Shown here: piece by piece, positions 17,002 to 25,322 of the stretch
Position numbering within the stretch: position 1 is the stretch's first letter
Layout of the letters: every line of letters starts with the position of its first letter
From: Candidatus Nomurabacteria bacterium
GTDB lineage: Bacteria > Patescibacteriota > Minisyncoccia > Phycocordibacterales > UBA9973
Assembly (NCBI GenBank): GCA_027327845.1
Contig: DAHVYC010000001.1
Location: 1-31,423 of the forward strand
Direction of reading: 5' to 3'
DNA: 31,423 nucleotides
The notes under the pieces: generated by a model
The model's database searches: none
The model's input: only the letters and a program-made list of their open reading frames with translations
Told to the model about the DNA's origin: nothing
Translations under genes and position numbers: made by a program

Positions 17002-17469
17002 TTAGAAACCGAAATACTCCATTATTTTTTCGGAGACGTGCTCTTTTATTTCTTCTTCGGGCACATTGCCTGAGATCATAAAATCTTTTACTTGATCGGC
17101 AAGATTGGGATCTATAGGCATTGATATTATAGGCATGAAAGCTCTTTCCGACTTTATAAAGAGGGTCGGTTTTTCTGTGTCCTTTTTTACCCAGAATGCC
17201 TTGATGTTTTTATAGGGGAACAGTCTGTTTCTTATCTTGAGCCCTTTCTCATTCAATTCATAGAAAACCAGATCCGGTTTTTTAACCGCAAACATCACGA
17301 CCAGTATTCCTCCGATTATTAGAAATAGTCCGAAGAAAAAATTCCCATAAATAAATGAGGCGACAGAGCTTGCTACCACGATTATTCCAAGAGCCCAGAA
17401 CCAGTCATTGCCCCGATCTTTCTCTTCGTATTCTAGTGCGGTCCATTCTAGTTTTCCTCCCACATTCAT
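17002..17469 (-). CDS. Conserved CPR-type two-TM membrane protein with a C-terminal soluble domain
   Basis: EWTALEYEEKDRGNDWFW N-terminus, two TM helices, then YELNEKGLKI..LFPYKNIKAFW. Confidence 0.7.
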   Translation of the reverse strand: MNVGGKLEWTALEYEEKDRGNDWFWALGIIVVASSVASFIYGNFFFGLFLIIGGILVVMFAVKKPDLVFYELNEKGLKIRNRLFPYKNIKAFWVKKDTEKPTLFIKSERAFMPIISMPIDPNLADQVKDFMISGNVPEEEIKEHVSEKIMEYFGF

Positions 17470-17564
17470 ATCGTAATTATACCCCTATGCCGATTTTAAA
17501 TCCAGATTTAAGAAGTCGATAATAATAGCTTCCGAATTCAGAATATAATTGTTATGATAAAAAA

Positions 17565-20213
17565 ATGGAAAAGGTAAAGACACCCTGGTTTCTCCCTACT
17601 GAAGAAATATTCAGCAAGCTGGATACTGGACCGAAAGGATTAAACGAGACCGAAGCTCAAAAAAGGCTTGGTATTCAAGGCTTAAATGAGCTTAAAAAAA
17701 ACGGCGGTCTGAGCTTTCTTGAACTTGCCTTAAAGCAGTTCTTGAGCCCGCTCATATTTATTCTCATTTCCGCCGCTTTTTTAACGGCAATAATAAGGGA
17801 ATGGGTAAGTACATTTGTGATTCTTGGAGCTGTGTTGATCAATGCTGGCCTGGGGTTATACAGAGAATACAAGGCGGGGAATATATTGGAGAAATTAGTC
17901 ACTTATATAAAAGATCGATGCAGGGTCGTAAGAGATGGCAATGAGAAAGAGATAGAACCTTCTCTTTTGGTACCCGGAGATCTAATAAAGCTATCTTACG
18001 GTTCCAGAATTCCGGCTGACGCCAGAATTGTATCCTTAAATAATTTCAAGATTGACGAAGCGGTTTTGACCGGCGAGTCCGCACCGGAAGAAAAAAGTTT
18101 GGAGCCTGTAGAAGAGTCGGCCCTTTTGGCCGATAGGCCGAATATGGTATACGCAGGGACTATGGTCGTCGAAGGATTTGCCTCGGCGGTGGTTACCGAA
18201 ACCGGAGAAGATACGGAAATAGGAAAGATAGCGGAGATAGTGAGCAAAGCCAATAACGTGGCGACGCCGATACAAAAAGGCATCAGCGAACTTTCTTGGT
18301 ATATATTTGGCGTTACGATTCTCATTGTATCCGTGATTTTCTTCTTAGGGATCTTGCGCGGGGAAGATACGATAACGATGCTTGTTCTCTCGGCTGCAGT
18401 GGCAGTGGGAGCTGTGCCGGAATCTTTACCCATAGCGCTTACCATTATCCTTTCTGTCGGAGCGGAGAGGATAGCTTCAAAGAAAGGCATAGTTAAAAAA
18501 TTGGCTGCAGCCGAAACCCTGGGCTCCACGACTTTAGTGATAACGGATAAGACCGGAACTTTAACAGGCGCAGAGATGCAATTAGTGGATGTCAGTACGA
18601 CTGCTATGCTTCTTGCCGGCGAGGATTCTCAGAAAAAAGTATTGAGGCTCACAGATGAGCAAAAAGGATTGCTTCAGCTTGCGCTTTCTAACTTGGATTT
18701 GATTGTGCAAAATCCAGAGGCGGAGGAAAAAGATTGGAAGTTTGTAGGACATCCTTTTGAAGCTAACATCGCGAAAGTTTCCGCTATGCATGGGTTGTCT
18801 CTTCGCAAGCCCCTGCTTGAAGAGCACATTCTGTCTCTTCCTTTTAATTCTTCTCATAAATTCTCGGTAGCCAAAACGGCCAAAAATTTCATCATCATGG
18901 GTGCGCCGGATATTCTCTTGGAGAGATCCGATTTGGATAAAGAGAAATATTTAAAGATCGCTTCTTGGATAGAGAAAGCCAGCACTGAAGGCAAGAGACT
19001 TATAGCGCTCGGGACCTTAAGCGGTGATATGAATAAAAAAATTGTTCCGGATGAGATAAAAAACATTTCTTTTGCCGGCATACTATCTTTCTTCGATCCT
19101 ATTCGGGAAGGAGTGCCGAAAGCTATAAAAGATATAGAAACACATGGAGTAAGGGTAGTCATAGCGACCGGAGACCTAAAAGGCACAGCTATATCTGTGG
19201 CGAAGAGTTTGGGATGGGAGATAAAGGAAGGTGAAGTTCTTTCCGGAGAAGATATACGCTCCATATCCGACGAAGAATTGTCTTTAGTGCTTGATAATAT
19301 AAAAATATTTGCCCGGGTTACTCCGGAAGATAAATTAAGGATAGGCAATCTGTACAAGAAGAAAGGGGAAGTGGTCGCCATGACGGGAGACGGAGTGAAT
19401 GATTCTCCTGCGCTTAAATCCATGGATATAGGCATATCTTTGGGGTCCGGGAGCGATGTGGCGCAGAGTGCTTCCGACCTGGTATTGCTGGATAATAATT
19501 TTGAGACCATAAGTATGGCCATAGATGAAGGGAGGAAGATATTGGCGAACATAAGGAAAGCCTTCATTTATCTCATGTCCAATTCTTTGGATGAAGTGTT
19601 TGTGGTGGGAGGAAGTTTGATAGCGAATATAGCTTTACCCATCAATGCTCTGCAGATAATTTGGGTCAATCTCCTCACCGGGAGCTTGCCGGCTTTAGCC
19701 TTCGCCTATGACGAGAACCTGGATAAAGGCGCCGGTAAAAAATTCAAAGATAAAAAATTAATGACCTTAGAAGTAAAAATACTTTCTTTCGGATTAGGTA
19801 CTGTCACTTCATTGCTCATTTTTCTGCTTTATTATTTTCTTCTTCAGTACGGGATAGAGGTAAGCGTCGCGCGCTCCGTATTTTTCGTCTGTTTCTCAAT
19901 ATACATACTCGTAGTAGCGTTTTCCTTCAAAAGCTTATACAGACCCATTTGGAAATACAATCCATTCTCAAACAAAGAGCTTAATCTTGCCGTAGGTTTG
20001 GCCTTCGGTATTTTGATCGCCACGATGGGCTTGCCATTTTTGAGAAATCTTTTTGATATATCTCCGATGCCTTTATCTTTCTTGTGGCTGGTGGTAGCTT
20101 GGGCTGCCCTTAATTTATTCCTTGTGGAATTTGCAAAATGGCTTTTCAGACTAAGCGTCAGAAGAAAAAAGGGAAATAAATTTCTAGGATTTTATTTTGG
20201 TGTTAAATTTTGA
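17565..20213 (+). CDS. Cation-transporting P-type ATPase (P2-like)
   Basis: TGES, VPESLP, DKTGT phosphorylation site, DP.R, TGD, MTGDGVNDSPALK; about 10 TM segments. Confidence 0.96.
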   Translation: MEKVKTPWFLPTEEIFSKLDTGPKGLNETEAQKRLGIQGLNELKKNGGLSFLELALKQFLSPLIFILISAAFLTAIIREWVSTFVILGAVLINAGLGLYREYKAGNILEKLVTYIKDRCRVVRDGNEKEIEPSLLVPGDLIKLSYGSRIPADARIVSLNNFKIDEAVLTGESAPEEKSLEPVEESALLADRPNMVYAGTMVVEGFASAVVTETGEDTEIGKIAEIVSKANNVATPIQKGISELSWYIFGVTILIVSVIFFLGILRGEDTITMLVLSAAVAVGAVPESLPIALTIILSVGAERIASKKGIVKKLAAAETLGSTTLVITDKTGTLTGAEMQLVDVSTTAMLLAGEDSQKKVLRLTDEQKGLLQLALSNLDLIVQNPEAEEKDWKFVGHPFEANIAKVSAMHGLSLRKPLLEEHILSLPFNSSHKFSVAKTAKNFIIMGAPDILLERSDLDKEKYLKIASWIEKASTEGKRLIALGTLSGDMNKKIVPDEIKNISFAGILSFFDPIREGVPKAIKDIETHGVRVVIATGDLKGTAISVAKSLGWEIKEGEVLSGEDIRSISDEELSLVLDNIKIFARVTPEDKLRIGNLYKKKGEVVAMTGDGVNDSPALKSMDIGISLGSGSDVAQSASDLVLLDNNFETISMAIDEGRKILANIRKAFIYLMSNSLDEVFVVGGSLIANIALPINALQIIWVNLLTGSLPALAFAYDENLDKGAGKKFKDKKLMTLEVKILSFGLGTVTSLLIFLLYYFLLQYGIEVSVARSVFFVCFSIYILVVAFSFKSLYRPIWKYNPFSNKELNLAVGLAFGILIATMGLPFLRNLFDISPMPLSFLWLVVAWAALNLFLVEFAKWLFRLSVRRKKGNKFLGFYFGVKF

Positions 20214-20214
20214 T

Positions 20215-20405
20215 TGCGGAGGCGGTGAGACCATGGGTACATTTTTCTCCCTCGACTAAAAATGTTTTCGTCAAAACATTTTTGTCTGGTCACCGACTCA
20301 TGGATTTTTTCTGCTGAAAAAATCACATTCCGTCGTTCTCATCTCACACGCGAGCAAAGCAGTTTGCTCGCTCACCTCCGCAGTTTTTCACTGCGTTTCA
20401 AACTG
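20215..20405. repeat. Structured element downstream of tRNA-Ser, bounded by a 16-bp duplication of the tRNA 3' end
   Basis: TGCGGAGGCGGTGAGA occurs at 20215-20230 and 20404-20419. Internal hairpins include 20303-20324, 20350-20371 and 20376-20410. Confidence 0.85.
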
Positions 20406-20490
20406 CGGAGGCGGTGAGATTCGAACTCACGGTGCCTTGCGACACTCCGGTTTTCAAGACCGGTGCACTAAACCACTATGCGACGCCTCC
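20406..20490 (-). tRNA. tRNA-Ser(TGA)
   Basis: Acceptor GGAGGCG/CGCCTCC, discriminator G, anticodon arm CCGGT-CTTGAAA-ACCGG, long variable arm. Confidence 0.96.
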
Positions 20491-20493
20491 ATA

Positions 20494-20536
20494 TGAACTA
20501 AACCACTCACTGTGTAGCGAGATATGCAACACCTCC
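20494..20536 (-). repeat. Degenerate copy of the tRNA-Ser 5' end with an insertion, in the tRNA leader
   Basis: GGAGGTGTTGCATA matches tRNA nt 1-14 at 12/14; after a ~15-nt insert, AGTGGTTTAGTTCA matches the next tRNA segment at 13/14. Confidence 0.75.
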
Positions 20537-20545
20537 TTCTGCCTA

Positions 20546-20574
20546 ACCATACTTTATTTTATAGCTTTTTTCAA
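20546..20574 (-). promoter_or_regulatory. Sigma70-type promoter for tRNA-Ser
   Basis: TTGAAA-N17-TATGGT. Confidence 0.55.
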
Positions 20575-20588
20575 GTTATTTATTACAT

Positions 20589-20620
20589 CAAAAATACCCA
20601 GCGAGCGCTGGGTGTTTTTG
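20589..20620 (-). terminator. Intrinsic terminator after the DUF5652-like gene
   Basis: ACCCAGCG/CGCTGGGT stem flanked by A5 and T5 tracts, about 20 nt past the stop. Confidence 0.65.
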
Positions 20621-20640
20621 ATGGGTTATTTGATTTCTTC

Positions 20641-20898
20641 TTAGTTGCTTATATTTGATTTGGAGAAGATTGCTTTTACATCACTCCATTTCTTTTTTGA
20701 CACAAAGAAGATATAGATTATTTCTAAAATTCCTAAAGTATTTAAAACCAAAAGTGCCAAAAACCACCACTTTTGATTGTTTTTGGAGGCCGTCCACAAA
20801 GCACAGCCTTTCCAAAAAAGAACCCAAATAGCTAACACTCCTATTACTAATGGAGAAACCCCAAAACCATTTGCAAAAAACATGTTAAATTGTTGCAT
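20641..20898 (-). CDS. DUF5652-like small membrane protein
   Basis: WKGCALW.ASKNNQKWWFLALLVLNTLGILEIIYIFF motif. Start placed at MQQ (20898) after TGgTATAAT; the longer ORF start overlaps ruvX. Confidence 0.75.
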   Translation of the reverse strand: MQQFNMFFANGFGVSPLVIGVLAIWVLFWKGCALWTASKNNQKWWFLALLVLNTLGILEIIYIFFVSKKKWSDVKAIFSKSNISN

Positions 20899-20946
20899 AA
20901 TACCTATATTATACCAGATAAGGCCTTTCTGTGTTAATATCTCAAT

Positions 20947-21366
20947 ATGAAATGGATGGGTATAGATTATGGCACGAAAAATATAGGCATAGCCCTCTCG
21001 GACGATACGGGGAGAATCGCTTTTCCAAAAATGATAATACAAAATGATGGTTTTACGTTTGATAAAATTCTTAATTTACTTGAAGAAGAACAAGTGGGGA
21101 GCGTAGTGATAGGTGATTCCGTAAATTCAAAAGGCGAGAAGAATATTGTTTCCGAGAAGATAGATTTCTTTGTCTCCGAACTCAAAGACAAATGCGCCCT
21201 GCCCTTATACAGAGAAAAAGAGTTTTTCACTTCTGTGGAAGCAGCCGGCAGGAAAGGTAAGGATATAAGAACCGCAAGAAAAATTAAAACGGAAAGAAAA
21301 AAGAAAAATGACGCTTCGGCTGCCGCTTTGATATTGCAAAGATATTTAGATAAAATTAATAAATAA
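20947..21366 (+). CDS. ruvX: YqgF/RuvX family RNase H-like nuclease (putative Holliday junction resolvase / pre-16S rRNA nuclease)
   Basis: MGIDYGTKNIGIALSD, EFFTSVEA, DASAAALILQRYLD. Confidence 0.93.
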   Translation: MKWMGIDYGTKNIGIALSDDTGRIAFPKMIIQNDGFTFDKILNLLEEEQVGSVVIGDSVNSKGEKNIVSEKIDFFVSELKDKCALPLYREKEFFTSVEAAGRKGKDIRTARKIKTERKKKNDASAAALILQRYLDKINK

Positions 21367-21367
21367 A

Positions 21368-21697
21368 ATGATAAGCATAGATGATTTTAAAAAAATAGAA
21401 CTGGTTGTGGGCAAAATTTTATCAGCCGAGAAGGTTCCGGATACGGATAAGCTTTTGAAGCTTTCTGTCGATATGGCTGAAGAGAAACCGAGACAAATAA
21501 TATCCGGAATATCAGAATATTTTCCTGACTGCAGTGTTCTAGTAGGAAAGAAGTGCATGTTTGTGGCCAATTTAGAGCCCAGAACCATACGAGGCTTGGA
21601 AAGTCAGGGAATGATACTGGCCATTTCTACTGAGGACGGGAAATTTTCCCTTTTGGAGCCTAATGAAGAGATTCCAGAAGGCACCAAGGCAAGATAA
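21368..21697 (+). CDS. Stand-alone tRNA-binding OB-fold protein (MetRS C-terminal / Trbp111 / CsaA family)
   Basis: ISIDDFKKIELVVGKI, RQIISGI, VANLEPRTIRGLESQGMIL. Confidence 0.9.
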   Translation: MISIDDFKKIELVVGKILSAEKVPDTDKLLKLSVDMAEEKPRQIISGISEYFPDCSVLVGKKCMFVANLEPRTIRGLESQGMILAISTEDGKFSLLEPNEEIPEGTKAR

Positions 21698-21736
21698 CGT
21701 TTTGTTAAAAATTTTTCTAAAGGGTATAATATAAGC

Positions 21737-22819
21737 ATGTTAAGCGATTGGTATAACAGATTTTTCCCAGCGCCGAAACTCCTGGCGTTGCCTTCTTTCG
21801 GCTTGGATATATCGGATGAGTCTATAAAGTTCATAGAGCTTAAAAAGACCAGAAGAGGGATAGAAGTGAATCGTTTCGGAGAGAGAAAAATTCCGCCCGG
21901 TATAATAGAATCAGGAAAGATAAAAGACCCGAAAGGACTGGAAGAAGTTTTAATCTCTCTTCGCAAGAAAGACGGAGTGAAGTCTGTGCGAGTTTCTCTG
22001 CCGGAAGAGCAGGTTTATCTGTTTAATTTAAAGTTGGATAAAGCAGGACTGGAAAATATAAGAGAAAGCATAGAATTGTCTTTGGAAGAATATATACCCA
22101 TACAAGCGCAAGATGCCATATTCGACTACGAACTCTTGCAAGAAGACGAAAAAAGCTTGAAACTCCAAGTGGCGGCCATACCGAAGAATGTCATAGAAGG
22201 ATATTTGTCCGTTTTTAAGAATTCAATGGTGTCAGCACAATCCTTCGAACTTGAAGCCCAGGCCATAGCCAGGTGTGTCGTAAAGAAAGGGGATATGGAT
22301 ACTTATATGATCGTAGATTTCGGCAAGAAACGCACCGGGATATTCATAGTATCGAACGGCATCGTAATATTTACTTCGACTTTGGATGTCGGAGGAGTGA
22401 TGTTAACCGAGATGATACAAAAGAATTTCAAAATAAGTTTTGAAGAAGCAGAAAAGAGGAAAAGAGAATCTGGTCTTAAACGCAGTTCTTCAAATACGGA
22501 AGTGTTCTCCATACTCCTTAATGGAGTTTCCGTGTTGCGTGACGAGATATCAAAGCATTTTATCTATTGGCACACCCATAAGGACGAAGAGGGCAGAGAT
22601 AGACCTCCGATAAAGAAAATTATTTTATGCGGGGGAGATTCCAATCTGATAGGTCTTTCAGAATATTTCTCTGTCAGTATGAAAGTAAACGTAGAAATAG
22701 CCAATGTGTGGGTGAATATGATAAATACTAGGGAATTTGTCCCCGAAATGAATTTTGAACAGTCTTTAACATTCGCATCGGCTCTGGGCCTTGCGCTTCG
22801 AGATTTTGAATATGATTAA
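21737..22819 (+). CDS. pilM: Type IV pilus assembly protein PilM
   Basis: Actin-like fold motifs GLDISDESIK, VDFGKKRT and ILCGG; leads a pilMNO-like operon. Confidence 0.9.
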   Translation: MLSDWYNRFFPAPKLLALPSFGLDISDESIKFIELKKTRRGIEVNRFGERKIPPGIIESGKIKDPKGLEEVLISLRKKDGVKSVRVSLPEEQVYLFNLKLDKAGLENIRESIELSLEEYIPIQAQDAIFDYELLQEDEKSLKLQVAAIPKNVIEGYLSVFKNSMVSAQSFELEAQAIARCVVKKGDMDTYMIVDFGKKRTGIFIVSNGIVIFTSTLDVGGVMLTEMIQKNFKISFEEAEKRKRESGLKRSSSNTEVFSILLNGVSVLRDEISKHFIYWHTHKDEEGRDRPPIKKIILCGGDSNLIGLSEYFSVSMKVNVEIANVWVNMINTREFVPEMNFEQSLTFASALGLALRDFEYD

Positions 22820-23354
22820 TTTAATTCCAAACGAAGAAAAGAAAAAAATGACCAAGGAGTTTTACTTTAAACTTGTCTCCGTCGTTTTCATAATGACTGG
22901 AAGCTTTTTTCTGATCTTTTCTATTCTTCTCTTGCCGTCGTATTTTATGTCTTCCGTAAACAAGAAACTTATAAATCAAAAATTGGGTTTACAAAAGAAT
23001 GAAATATTGCCGGTCTCATATCAAAATACTCTTGATTCGGTGAGAGATTTAAAAAGTAAAATAAATTCAGTTGAAAATTCCGAGAAAAATAAATTTGTTT
23101 TTTCAACCCAAGTAATGAATGAAATTATCTTGAAAAAGCCTGCGGGTATAAAAATAATAGGCATTTCGTATGACAATATAGAAGGCTCAGGGAAGAAAGT
23201 AGACGTGAGTGGTATAGCACAAAGCAGAGAAGCGCTTCTGTTTTTCGGTAAAGTAATGCAAAACGATACCATGTTTTCAAATGTTAATTTGCCTATATCG
23301 AATTTTGTTAAAGGTTCCAATATAAGTTTTAATATGGATTTGACACCTTCTTAA
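22812..23354 (+). CDS. pilN: PilN-like type IV pilus assembly protein
   Basis: MINLIP start overlapping the pilM stop, a single TM, and a V.G.AQSREALLFF domain. Confidence 0.72.
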   Translation: MINLIPNEEKKKMTKEFYFKLVSVVFIMTGSFFLIFSILLLPSYFMSSVNKKLINQKLGLQKNEILPVSYQNTLDSVRDLKSKINSVENSEKNKFVFSTQVMNEIILKKPAGIKIIGISYDNIEGSGKKVDVSGIAQSREALLFFGKVMQNDTMFSNVNLPISNFVKGSNISFNMDLTPS

Positions 23355-23357
23355 AAT

Positions 23358-23903
23358 ATGCAATTTTTAATTCAAAAAAAATACTTGATCATATCCATAC
23401 TTATGTTTGCGGTTTCTCTTTTTGCTTTTTTGTTTCTCTATCAAGGGATAAAAAGCAATATAGGGGAGGTGCAAACTTTAAGTGAAAATTGGCAGACGGA
23501 AAATTTGCGCAGGGATAATGTGAAATCCCTTGCCAGTTTTTTGGAAACGTCTGCACCAGAGGTCTCTCAATTAGAGGGGCATTTTGTGCAAAAATCGGAC
23601 GTAGTACCATTCCTGGATGCAGTTGAAAATTTATCCAAGGAAACAAATGTGAAGATAGAAGTATCTTCCGTGAATGTTTCTCGAGATAATTCGTCTCTCA
23701 TGGTAGAAGTAAAAGCGCTCGGATCGTTTGGAGATATTTACAAATTCATTACTATGCTTGAGAATTTCCCTTACGAATTAGAATTTACCACTGCCGATGT
23801 GCAGAATACCAGTATTTACAGTACTTCGGCCGACAAGAATATAAGACCCTATAAATGGGTGGCCACCCTGGGTATAAAAGTTTTAAGTTTTTCTAATAAA
23901 TAA
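23358..23903 (+). CDS. pilO: PilO-like type IV pilus assembly protein
   Basis: N-terminal TM, coiled coil, GSFGDIYKFITMLENFPY; position after pilN. Confidence 0.68.
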   Translation: MQFLIQKKYLIISILMFAVSLFAFLFLYQGIKSNIGEVQTLSENWQTENLRRDNVKSLASFLETSAPEVSQLEGHFVQKSDVVPFLDAVENLSKETNVKIEVSSVNVSRDNSSLMVEVKALGSFGDIYKFITMLENFPYELEFTTADVQNTSIYSTSADKNIRPYKWVATLGIKVLSFSNK

Positions 23904-23908
23904 CTTGT

Positions 23909-24214
23909 ATGGACCTTAACTTTTTAAAAAAGAAGAAAAAATTTAAAAAAACTGAGTTAGGCAACAAACCTAATATTTATTGGAAGTATATTTTGCTTTC
24001 GACCGTTATTCTTGTTTTAGGCGCATTCGTTTTCGGTTTTATTCTCTTTTCGAGAGTGAACAACGGAGCTGATGTTTCTTCTGTGGAAATTCCGGCACAG
24101 GAAGCCGTAAAGGCGGATAGACTAGATAAAGTGTTACAATATTTTGCCGGACGAGAAAAAAGATCTATAGAAATTTTAAATTCTCCTTCGCCGATTATTG
24201 ACCCTTCTTTGTAA
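23909..24214 (+). CDS. Small single-TM protein at the pilP position
   Basis: Basic N-terminus, one TM and a DPS-ending tail; last gene of the pil cluster. Confidence 0.6.
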   Translation: MDLNFLKKKKKFKKTELGNKPNIYWKYILLSTVILVLGAFVFGFILFSRVNNGADVSSVEIPAQEAVKADRLDKVLQYFAGREKRSIEILNSPSPIIDPSL

Positions 24215-24249
24215 AAATGTTAATTTAAACTGTGGCAACGCCCAAACAT

Positions 24250-24322
24250 GCGCGGTTAGCTCAGTTGGTAGAGCATCCCGTTTACACCGGGAGGGTCAGG
24301 AGTTCGAGTCTCTTACCGCGCA
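24250..24322 (+). tRNA. tRNA-Val(TAC)
   Basis: Acceptor GCGCGGT/ACCGCGC, anticodon arm TCCCG-TTTACAC-CGGGA. Confidence 0.96.
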
Positions 24323-24335
24323 CATAGTACCTTTC

Positions 24336-24407
24336 GCCCCTGTAGTTAAATGGATATAACTGCGGACTTCTAAGCCGCTATTCGAGGTTCGATTCCTCGC
24401 GGGGGCA
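24336..24407 (+). tRNA. tRNA-Arg(TCT)
   Basis: Acceptor GCCCCTG/CGGGGGC, anticodon loop CTTCTAA with an A31-G39 mismatch, T-arm CGAGG-TTCGATT-CCTCG. Confidence 0.92.
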
Positions 24408-24473
24408 CAAAACTGAAAGTTTTGTGAGTCCATAATGCTACGGCGAGTCGAGAGCTGTGACCAAACTTATTTT

Positions 24474-25283
24474 ATGAAACTAAAAATTCTCTACGAAGAC
24501 AAGGACATTCTAGCTATTGATAAACCATCAGGAGTGATGGTACATGAAGATGGGAGAAGCAAGGAAGAAACAATAACAGATTGGGTAATTAAAAAATATC
24601 CGAAGTTAAAAGGAATAGGCGAGCCGGTGACTTTCAGCGGAGAAGAAATAGATCGCCCCGGCATAGTGCATAGGTTGGATAAAGAAACGTCCGGGGTTCT
24701 TCTGATTATGAAAACCAAAGAGGCCTTCGCTTATTTCAAAAAGCAATTTATGGATAGGAAGATAGAGAAGACTTACTACGCTATCGTCTCCGGTTTTGTA
24801 AAAAAAGATCATGAGATAATAAACAAACCCATAGGCAGGAGCCCGAAGGATTTTCGTCGTAGGCTCGCCGGGCGCGGAGCAAGGGGAGAGATGCGTGAAG
24901 CAATAACTAAATACAAAGTATTGAAAAGATTCGAGGCAAAGTGCATTCATTTTTCGGGTCGCTGTCTCCGCGTGCTCGCGGAGCGCTCACTCTCGGCCCG
25001 TCGGCCTGTGAGAGACCCGAAAAATGAATGCACTTTGCCTCTCTCTTATTTAGAGATCCATCCTAAAACAGGACGGACGCATCAAATCCGAGTGCATATG
25101 AAGTACATCAACCATCCGGTAGTCTGCGATTCTTTATATGACCCTAAGGGTGTTTGCCCCAAAGGACTCGACAGGCTTGCCCTACATGCTAAAAGCATTG
25201 AATTTAAAGGGTTAAATGGTAAAAAAATAAAAATTGAATCACTAATACCTAAAGAATTTGCTAAAATAGTAAAAGGGCAATAG
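24474..25283 (+). CDS. RluA/RluD-family pseudouridine synthase carrying an in-frame ~36-aa insertion
   Basis: IDKPSG, catalytic HRLDKETSG, GRTHQIRVH, LALHAKSI; start placed at MKLKILYED. Confidence 0.93.
   Translation: MKLKILYEDKDILAIDKPSGVMVHEDGRSKEETITDWVIKKYPKLKGIGEPVTFSGEEIDRPGIVHRLDKETSGVLLIMKTKEAFAYFKKQFMDRKIEKTYYAIVSGFVKKDHEIINKPIGRSPKDFRRRLAGRGARGEMREAITKYKVLKRFEAKCIHFSGRCLRVLAERSLSARRPVRDPKNECTLPLSYLEIHPKTGRTHQIRVHMKYINHPVVCDSLYDPKGVCPKGLDRLALHAKSIEFKGLNGKKIKIESLIPKEFAKIVKGQ
24933..25041. mobile_element. MITE/REP-like palindromic element inserted in frame in the RluA gene
   Basis: Perfect 28-bp terminal IR (24933-24960/25014-25041) enclosing a GC-rich core with a CTCCGCG-TGCT-CGCGGAG hairpin. 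Mobility is inferred. Confidence 0.75.
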
Positions 25284-25294
25284 GCTAAAATTCA

Positions 25295-25314
25295 ATCTAC
25301 GCTATAGCGTAGAT
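25295..25314. repeat. Perfect 20-bp palindrome upstream of the Cys-rich gene pair
   Basis: ATCTACGCTATAGCGTAGAT is its own reverse complement and ends 8 nt before the ATG at 25323. Confidence 0.8.
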
Positions 25315-25322
25315 GCAAAGAA

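Noticed and set aside
20530-20540. Perfect Shine-Dalgarno AAGGAGGTG upstream of tRNA-Ser, suggesting a small ORF
   Set aside because: No start codon at a usable spacing; the motif is better explained as the copy of the tRNA 5' end (GGAGGCG to GGAGGTG).
20414-20644. 76-aa ORF on +
   Set aside because: Antisense to tRNA-Ser and its promoter; no protein features.
24361-24377. tRNA-Arg(TCT) as a pseudogene because of the A31-G39 mismatch
   Set aside because: All other arms and conserved positions are intact, and a single mismatch at the base of the anticodon stem is tolerated.
24933-25041. Self-splicing (group I/II) intron or intein in the RluA gene
   Set aside because: About 109 nt is far too short, no catalytic core or intein terminal motifs are visible, and the frame is uninterrupted.
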